A stretch of DNA of 64,000 nt from positions 4,512,001-4,576,000 of the forward strand of contig OY970303.1 of the NCBI GenBank assembly GCA_963716255.1, in the 5' to 3' direction. Source of the DNA: an uncultured Gemmatimonadales bacterium (lineage in GTDB: Bacteria > Gemmatimonadota > Gemmatimonadetes > Longimicrobiales > Longimicrobiaceae). The notes under the pieces were generated by a model, which was given only the letters and a program-made list of their open reading frames with translations, was not told the DNA's origin and made no database searches. A program made the translations under genes and the position numbers. Below are positions 58,453 to 64,000 of the stretch, piece after piece (the stretch's first letter is position 1; each line of letters starts with the position of its first letter).

Positions 58453-58818
58453 GTGGCTGCGCTGCTGAGCTTTCTCCTCGTTCTCCTGGCCGCCGCCGGG
58501 GTGGCCGCGCTGGCCGGGCGGCTGCTGGGCTCGCTGCTCCGCCTGGGGCTCGCCGCGGCCGAGAAGACCCACAACGACGGCCTGGTGGACGCCAGCCTCC
58601 GCCGCGGCGACCTGACGGCGCTGGTGGAGCGCCAGGCCCAGGTGAAGACGCTGCGGCGCTCGCGGGGGCGCTCCGCGCTCCTGGTGGCGCTCTGGACGGC
58701 GCTGCTGGTGGCCCCGGCGCTGGCCGGATGGGGGCGCGAGGCGTACGCGCTCTCGTCGCTGCTGTGGCTCCTCCCGGGCCGCCCCGCCCTCCCGCGCCGC
58801 GCCGCGACCCCGTCGTAG
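58453..58818 (+). CDS. Hypothetical membrane protein
   Basis: Hydrophobic ends, RRGDLTALVER centre, GC3-rich codons. Confidence 0.6.
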   Translation: MAALLSFLLVLLAAAGVAALAGRLLGSLLRLGLAAAEKTHNDGLVDASLRRGDLTALVERQAQVKTLRRSRGRSALLVALWTALLVAPALAGWGREAYALSSLLWLLPGRPALPRRAATPS

Positions 58819-58875
58819 CCGGCGGGCGGAACTCCCCGTCTTCTGCGAAATTTCGTTACAGCTCCGTGGCCCGGG

Positions 58876-58925
58876 CGTGGACAAACGCTCGATTATCCAC
58901 GCGACATTTCCCGCCGGGTGGATAA
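58876..58925. promoter_or_regulatory. Cluster of three DnaA-box-like 9-mers
   Basis: TTGTCCACG (minus, 58876-58884), TTATCCACG (plus, 58893-58901), TTATCCACC (minus, 58917-58925). Confidence 0.55.
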
Positions 58926-59022
58926 CTGCCGCACGGCGTGGCGCCTTTCAACGGCGCCCGGCGGGCTGCGCCGAGCACCGGGCGAGGGCCGGCGTGCCCC
59001 GCCGGCCCGTGGAGAGAGAGCG

Positions 59023-59304
59023 ATGAGCGGGAAGGCCGTGCTTTCGGAGGAAAGGCTGGCGGAGATCGAGGTGCGGCTGGGCCGCGCGACGCCGGGGCCG
59101 TGGGCGTACAAGGACCGGCTGGGCGGCGGCGGCTGCTTCGTGTTCTCGGAGGACACCTTCCACGTGGTCGCCGTGGAGGAGGACGAGGAGGCCGCGGTCT
59201 CCGTCCCCCTGGGGCGGGAAGACGCGGCGTTCATCGCCGGCGCCCGCGAGGACGTCCCCCTCCTGCTGGCGGAGGTCCGCAGGCTGCGCGCGATCCCCGC
59301 GTGA
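59023..59304 (+). CDS. Small hypothetical protein with a phage-like TPGPW...DAAFIA motif
   Basis: ERLAEIE..RATPGPW...DAAFIAGAREDVPLLLAEVRRLR; the stop codon is supplied by R1. Confidence 0.7.
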   Translation: MSGKAVLSEERLAEIEVRLGRATPGPWAYKDRLGGGGCFVFSEDTFHVVAVEEDEEAAVSVPLGREDAAFIAGAREDVPLLLAEVRRLRAIPA

Positions 59305-59427
59305 GGGATTTCGGCCCGAAGGGGCGAGACCCGCGGGCAGTTTCGCGGGGCTCGACTCCGTTGCACACGGTTGTTCCGTGTGCTACGGAGCCGAAGCCCG
59401 ACCCCGGCGCCAGCCGGGGGCACGCCC
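59298..59427 (+). repeat. R1 structured repeat, copy 11
   Basis: R1 core; stem GCACACGG/CCGTGTGC. Confidence 0.95.
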
Positions 59428-59449
59428 GAACCCGCCGTTCAAAGCGGTT

Positions 59450-60274
59450 TCAGCGCAACCCGGTACGCGTCCACAGCGCCACGACACCGCAGCCGGCGTT
59501 GGTGACCCGGAACTCCGCCGGGATCTCGCCCGCGCCGCGGTACACCTCGATGGCCTCCAGGCTGTTCATGAGGACGTCGTCGATGCTGGCCAGCTGCACC
59601 TGCACCCCGTCCAGGTACACGAGCATCTCGCAGACGATGGGCCCCGCGCCGCCCCGGGCCTGCATTCCGGAGCGGGTCGCCCCGCCCGCCGACCCGCGCA
59701 CGGACAGGGAAGGTCCGAAGCGCACCGTCTGCAGAGTGTAGCTGTCGTTGCCCGCGGGGACCACGCGGATGCCGCGCACCCGCCAGAAGATCTCGCTGGT
59801 GCGCCGGGCGCGGGTCTTCTCGATGTCCTCGCGCGTCAGGAAAGTGCCCATCCCCGACTCCCTGCGCCGGTAGAAGCCGGCCGCCGCGAGCGAGCCGTTC
59901 TCGCTCCGGGCCACCGCCGTCACCCCCTGCACGGCCACCGGGGCCGGCTCCAGTTCCACGTCCACCTCCATCCCGCCCGAGTCCGGTACCTCAAGGTGGA
60001 ACTCGGCGGGGCGGTAGCCGATGCGCGCTACCAGCACGAAGACGCGCCCGGGCTGCACCCCCGGCAGCCGCACCCAGCCGCTCTCGTCGGACACGCCCTC
60101 GGCGCCGCTCCCCACCACCACGCGGGCGCCGGGGATGGGGGCGTCGGCGCCGTCCACCACGCGGAGGGCCACGCCGGCCGGGCGGATGGGGGCCTGCTGC
60201 GCCGCGGGAGCGGTGGGGACGACGAGGAGCGCCGCCGCGAGAAGGGCGAGCCGGGCGGCGAGGCGTCGGGTCAT
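59450..60274 (-). CDS. Secreted carboxypeptidase-regulatory-like domain + TonB plug-like protein
   Basis: Signal peptide, PIPGARV...ARIGYRP, GFYRRRESGMGTFLTREDIE, VYLDG, IEVYRG...P.EF, CGVVALWTR; no barrel. Confidence 0.8.
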   Translation of the reverse strand: MTRRLAARLALLAAALLVVPTAPAAQQAPIRPAGVALRVVDGADAPIPGARVVVGSGAEGVSDESGWVRLPGVQPGRVFVLVARIGYRPAEFHLEVPDSGGMEVDVELEPAPVAVQGVTAVARSENGSLAAAGFYRRRESGMGTFLTREDIEKTRARRTSEIFWRVRGIRVVPAGNDSYTLQTVRFGPSLSVRGSAGGATRSGMQARGGAGPIVCEMLVYLDGVQVQLASIDDVLMNSLEAIEVYRGAGEIPAEFRVTNAGCGVVALWTRTGLR

Positions 60275-60415
60275 GGGCGTGCGGTGAGGGGGAGCCGAGG
60301 GGGGTGTGGCGAGTTCCCGTGCCGGAGGATTGCGCCGGGCGGCGGCCGGCACAAGCCCTTTGGGGCCATGGCGGAGCGAAGTTCCCGCCACCCTCGCGGA
60401 CGCCAGCGCCGTTCC

Positions 60416-60560
60416 CGCGTGAGGGATTTCGGCCCGAAGGGGCGAGACCGCGCGGCACCTCAGTTCATTGGTGCTGGCGCGGGCTCGACTCCGTAACGCA
60501 CGGTTGTTTCGTGCGTTACGGAGCCGAAGCCCGACCCCGTCGCCAGCCGGGGGCACGCCC
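60416..60560 (+). repeat. R1 structured repeat, copy 12 (extended module)
   Basis: R1 core with an inserted hairpin GGCACC-TCAGTTCATT-GGTGCT; stem AACGCACG/CGTGCGTT. Confidence 0.95.
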
Positions 60561-60598
60561 GAATCCGCCGTTCAAAGCTGTCCCGACCGGGTCCGGCC

Positions 60599-61261
60599 TC
60601 AGCGGAAGCAGGCGATCGGCACGTCCAGCGGCTCCCACTCGGCCCCGGCGTAGGAGAAGTGCCACCATTCCCGGTCGTAGTTGCGGAAGCCCTCCGCCTC
60701 CATCGCCCGCACCAGGCGCTGGCGGTTCTCCTCCACCTGGCCGCCCGCGTTGGCGGTGTGCGAGGCCGGCGAGAAGTTGTCGTAGTCGGTCCCCATCTCC
60801 GCTTCCCGCCCGCTCCTGCGCCGGATCAGCGTGACGTCCACCGTGCCGCCGCGGTTGTGGCCGCTGCGCTCGGCGACGTACCCCTGCTCGACCACCCAGC
60901 GGTTCCCGCTGCGCTCCGCCCAGGCCACCATGGCCCGCGTCGCGCGCACCGGCCGGTAGGCGTCCCACACCTTGATGCCGTATCCCTCCTCGGCCAGCCG
61001 CCGGTGCGCCCGCAGCAGCGCCCGCGCCGCCTCGGGGCGCAGGAGGGCGCGGGCGTGCTCGTAGCCGGGGAGCGGGGCGCCGGTGAAGTTGTCCGGGGTC
61101 GCGTAGTGGATGTCCACGCGGATGGACCGCGCCAGCGAGCGCACGTCCACCAGGGTGCCGGGGGCCACCGGGGGGCACTCCGCGGAAGCGGCGGGGCGGG
61201 TCGCGGCCGGGGCGCACGCCATGAGCTGCGCGGCCGCCGCGGCAAGGACGAGAGGCTTCAT
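60599..61261 (-). CDS. ddpX: D-Ala-D-Ala dipeptidase (M15D, VanX-like) lipoprotein
   Basis: YATPDNFTG, VWDAYRP, SGHNRGGTVDVTL, MGTDYDNF, EWWHFSY. Confidence 0.9.
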   Translation of the reverse strand: MKPLVLAAAAAQLMACAPAATRPAASAECPPVAPGTLVDVRSLARSIRVDIHYATPDNFTGAPLPGYEHARALLRPEAARALLRAHRRLAEEGYGIKVWDAYRPVRATRAMVAWAERSGNRWVVEQGYVAERSGHNRGGTVDVTLIRRRSGREAEMGTDYDNFSPASHTANAGGQVEENRQRLVRAMEAEGFRNYDREWWHFSYAGAEWEPLDVPIACFR

Positions 61262-61281
61262 GGAAGGGGGGTGCTCGGGGT

Positions 61282-62028
61282 TCAGAACGGGTGCGCCTGG
61301 CCGTCCGCGCCCAGCTCCGTGCCGGGGAAGATCCCGCGGGCGCGGGTCAGCTCCTCCTCGCTCACCCGCGGCGGGAGGTGGACCAGCACCAGCCGCCCGG
61401 CCCCGGCGCGCGCCGCTGTACGCGCCGCGCCCTCCGGGGTGGTGTGCCCGCCGAAGCCGCCGGTGGCCTCGTGCGCGAGCAGGTCCGCCCCGCGCGCCAG
61501 CCGCGCGATGGCCTCCGACTCCTCGGTGTCGCAGGAGTAGGCGGCGATCCCGCCGCCGCGGCGGTCCTCCACCCGCAGCCCGATCACCGGGACGCTGTGG
61601 GTCCCCGGGGCCGCCGTGATCCGCCAGTCCTCGCTTTCCAGCACCGGGGCCCCCTCCTCCAGCGCCACCTCGCGCCAGAGGATCTCCGGCACGTCCTTCC
61701 AGCCGCCGGTCTCGAACGACTCCCAGCACCGCCGCGCCTGCGACAGGGCGGGCGCGATGCCGTGCACGGCGATCGGGCGGCGCCGCCCCGAGAGCCAGAT
61801 CTTTTCCATGAAGAGCGGGAAGCCGGACACGTGGTCGGCGTGCTCGTGCGTCACCACCAGCGCCTCGATCCGGTCCAGCTCCAGCCCCGCGGCCTGCAGG
61901 CGCTGCACCACGTCGCCCCCGCAGTCCACCACGACCACGGAGCCGGCCTGCTCGAAGGCGAGCATGGTGGTGGTGCGGTCGCCGCCGCTGAAGCCGGCGC
62001 CGGTGCCGAGGAGGTGCAGGGTCGCCAC
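61282..62028 (-). CDS. MBL-fold hydrolase, RNase Z-like
   Basis: LLGTGAG, VDCGG, THEHADHVSG, THSVP, YSCDT, HEAT, HTT, LVLVH. Confidence 0.85.
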   Translation of the reverse strand: MATLHLLGTGAGFSGGDRTTTMLAFEQAGSVVVVDCGGDVVQRLQAAGLELDRIEALVVTHEHADHVSGFPLFMEKIWLSGRRRPIAVHGIAPALSQARRCWESFETGGWKDVPEILWREVALEEGAPVLESEDWRITAAPGTHSVPVIGLRVEDRRGGGIAAYSCDTEESEAIARLARGADLLAHEATGGFGGHTTPEGAARTAARAGAGRLVLVHLPPRVSEEELTRARGIFPGTELGADGQAHPF

Positions 62029-62080
62029 GCGGTGCTCCCGGGCTGGTGTGGCCGCGGCGGGGCCCGCCGCGGGGGTGCGG

Positions 62081-62602
62081 CTACGCGTCCTCGTCCCCGT
62101 CCTTGCCGCGCGCTTCGCTCTCTTCCGTCCCAATCGAGGTGTTGCAGTAGTGGGCGGGGTTGGTGCGCGTGCGGGTGAAGTTGCGCTGCCACTCCTCGGC
62201 GACGTTGCCGTCCAGCGTGCCGGGCTCGGCGGGGCGCACCACGAACTGCGCCGCCCTCTGCGCGTAGCGGGTGGAGTCGGCGGGGGTGCGGGCGCTCACG
62301 GCCGAGTCCACGTACGCCAGCGCGGAGGACCGCATCTCGGCGAAGTTGCGGTACACGGCGGCGTACTCGTACACCGCCTGCATCCCGGGGGCGATGCCGC
62401 CGCTCGCCGCGGCCAGGGTGTCCAGGTTCGCCAGGTTCTCGCGGGCGCGGATGGTCAGCTCCTCGGCCACGCACCCGTTGCGGGCGGCGGCGACGCGCGC
62501 CTCGCGGCGCTCGGGGCGGGCGCCGGACCCGCCCTCGCAGGCGGCCAGGAGGGCGAGCAGCGCGGGAACGGCCAGCAGGGCGGCGGCGGTGCGAAGGGTC
62601 AT
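62081..62602 (-). CDS. Hypothetical lipoprotein
   Basis: LLAAC lipobox, helical body. Confidence 0.7.
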   Translation of the reverse strand: MTLRTAAALLAVPALLALLAACEGGSGARPERREARVAAARNGCVAEELTIRARENLANLDTLAAASGGIAPGMQAVYEYAAVYRNFAEMRSSALAYVDSAVSARTPADSTRYAQRAAQFVVRPAEPGTLDGNVAEEWQRNFTRTRTNPAHYCNTSIGTEESEARGKDGDEDA

Positions 62603-62640
62603 CGGCGGCAACCGGGTGGGGTGGGTCTGCGGGCGCGGCG

Positions 62641-63240
62641 TCAGGCGGCCGCGCCCCCGTCGGGAAAGAACAGCTCGCGCTCCAGCAGCTCGCAGAGCAG
62701 GTGGATCACGGTGATGTGCCCCTCCTGGATCCGCTCCGTGGCGGCCGAGGGGACCACCAGCACCTCGGCGCACAGCGCCCGCATGCGCCCCCCGTCCTTG
62801 CCGGTGAGCCCCACGGTGAGGGCGCCGCGCTCGTTGGCGGCCTCCACCGCGGCAAGGACGTTGGGCGAGTTGCCGCTGGTGCTGATCGCCACCAGCACGT
62901 CGCCCTCGCGCACCATGGCCTCCACCTGGCGGCGGAAGGCGGTGGCGTAGTCGTAGTCGTTGCTCCAGCAGGTGAGCGTGGGCGCGTCCAGCAGGTGGTG
63001 CGCGGGGAGGCCGGGGCGCTCGCGCTTGTAGCGCGCCACCAGCTCCTCCACCAGGTGCATGGCGTCGCAGGCGGAGCCGCCGTTGCCGCAGGCGTACAGC
63101 CGGTTGCCGGCGCGGAAGGCGGCGGCCACGCGCCCGGCGATGCGGACCACGTCCGGGGCCAGCTCCTTGAGCGCCTGCTTGACGCGGGCGGAGTCTTCCA
63201 GGGCCTCGCGCACGAGGGCTTCGGGGTCGTACGGCGTCAT
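62641..63240 (-). CDS. gmhA: Phosphoheptose isomerase (SIS domain)
   Basis: CGNGGSACDAMH, SNDYDY, ISTSGNSPNV, LTGKDGG, RIQEGH...H. Confidence 0.92.
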   Translation of the reverse strand: MTPYDPEALVREALEDSARVKQALKELAPDVVRIAGRVAAAFRAGNRLYACGNGGSACDAMHLVEELVARYKRERPGLPAHHLLDAPTLTCWSNDYDYATAFRRQVEAMVREGDVLVAISTSGNSPNVLAAVEAANERGALTVGLTGKDGGRMRALCAEVLVVPSAATERIQEGHITVIHLLCELLERELFFPDGGAAA

Positions 63241-63295
63241 ACCGGATTTCGTTTGGACGACTGTAACTGCTTCAACGGCTTCGAACGGCGGGGGC

Positions 63296-63427
63296 GGGCG
63301 TGCCCCTCGCTGGCGCTCGGGTCGGGCTTCGGCTCCGTAAGCCCGCAAACAACGCGGGCTGACGGAGTCGAGCCCCCGCGAAACTGCCCGCGGGGTCTCG
63401 CCCCTTCGGGCCGAAATCCCTCACGCG
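63296..63427 (-). repeat. R1 structured repeat, copy 13
   Basis: R1 core, reverse; GA/GA variant of the terminal hairpin. Confidence 0.95.
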
Positions 63428-63469
63428 GGCATCGCGCTGGCGTCCGCTGGGACTGCACGGAACCCCGCG

Positions 63470-63528
63470 GTTGCCCCCTCTCCCAGGATTGGGAGAGGGT
63501 GGCGAGCCTCAGGCGAGCCGGGGGAGGG
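63470..63528 (-). repeat. Companion element (type A)
   Basis: GTTGCCCCCTCTCCCAGGATTGGGAGAGGGTGGCGAGCCTCAGGCGAGCCGGG. Confidence 0.85.
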
Positions 63529-63549
63529 GGTCGCCGTCCGCGGCTCAAT

Positions 63550-64000
63550 CTACTGCTTCGGGCGGCCCGGCGGGAGGCGCCGGTGCTGGTCCAGCGCGCC
63601 GTACCGGGACAGGATCTCGCGCACGCGGTCCAGCGGCAGCGCCTCCACCGTGCCGCGGTGACCTTTCGTGGTGGTCGCGCGGAACAGGGAGTTGTAGATG
63701 GCTTCCTCGGTGGCCTCCACGACCGCTTCGAAGAGCGGGGAGAGCAGGTCGTTGGGGAGCGATTCCACCGCGTGCACGGCACCGCGTCGCTCGGGGGTGC
63801 GGCGCACGCCCTCCGCCGTGGAAAAGGCGATGGCGTAGTCGCCGGAGCCGTTGCTCATGGGCGAGCCGGTGCGCCCAAGCCCCACCATGGCCCGCGCGGC
63901 CAGCCGCTCCAGGTTGCGGGGCTCCAGCGGCGCGTCGGTGGCCACCACCATCATGATGGAGCCGTCGGCGTCGCCCCGGTCCAGCTCCGCCTTGAGGAAG
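63550..64000 (-). CDS. dmpA: P1/S58 family peptidase (DmpA-like), 3' part only
   Basis: DGSIMMVVATDAPL, RTGS..SNGSGDYAIAFST, LFEAVVEATEEAIYNSL; runs off the window end. Confidence 0.9.
   Translation of the reverse strand, partial: FLKAELDRGDADGSIMMVVATDAPLEPRNLERLAARAMVGLGRTGSPMSNGSGDYAIAFSTAEGVRRTPERRGAVHAVESLPNDLLSPLFEAVVEATEEAIYNSLFRATTTKGHRGTVEALPLDRVREILSRYGALDQHRRLPPGRPKQ

Overview
Chromosomal window of a very GC-rich (roughly 70%+, by eye) diderm bacterium. Gene content suggests Gemmatimonadota/Longimicrobium-like, but this is inference only. It holds about 50 mostly housekeeping or accessory CDSs: a two-gene cation:proton antiporter, an OLD-like ABC-ATPase/Toprim protein, sdpR-sdpI, thrABC, asnB, ettA, a fructose PTS operon, a MarR-arsM/arsN1 arsenic locus, a LEA/ferritin/DUF3618/CBS stress cluster, fabF, hemQ, mlaEFD, lysC-asd, ddpX and gmhA. 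There is no rRNA, canonical tRNA, CRISPR array, transposase or integrase. The interesting signal is non-coding. (1) A ~130-bp multi-stem element (R1) occurs 13 times with clear compensatory covariation. A second family (R2, 4 full copies plus 1 partial) is built from three copies of the same GAGCC-stem-loop-GTCTC module found in R1. (2) A tRNA-shaped RNA at 3973-4105(-) has a canonical T-arm and D-arm but a 20-nt 'anticodon' loop, a 14-bp variable arm and no CCA. (3) An Asn-codon leader-peptide attenuator sits upstream of asnB, and an attenuator-like leader with no obvious sensor sits upstream of thrA. (4) A convergent TPR-protein/small lipopeptide pair may be a peptide signalling module. (5) Operator palindromes, sigma54-type promoters and a DnaA-box cluster are also visible. 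All calls come from reading the sequence; no searches were run.
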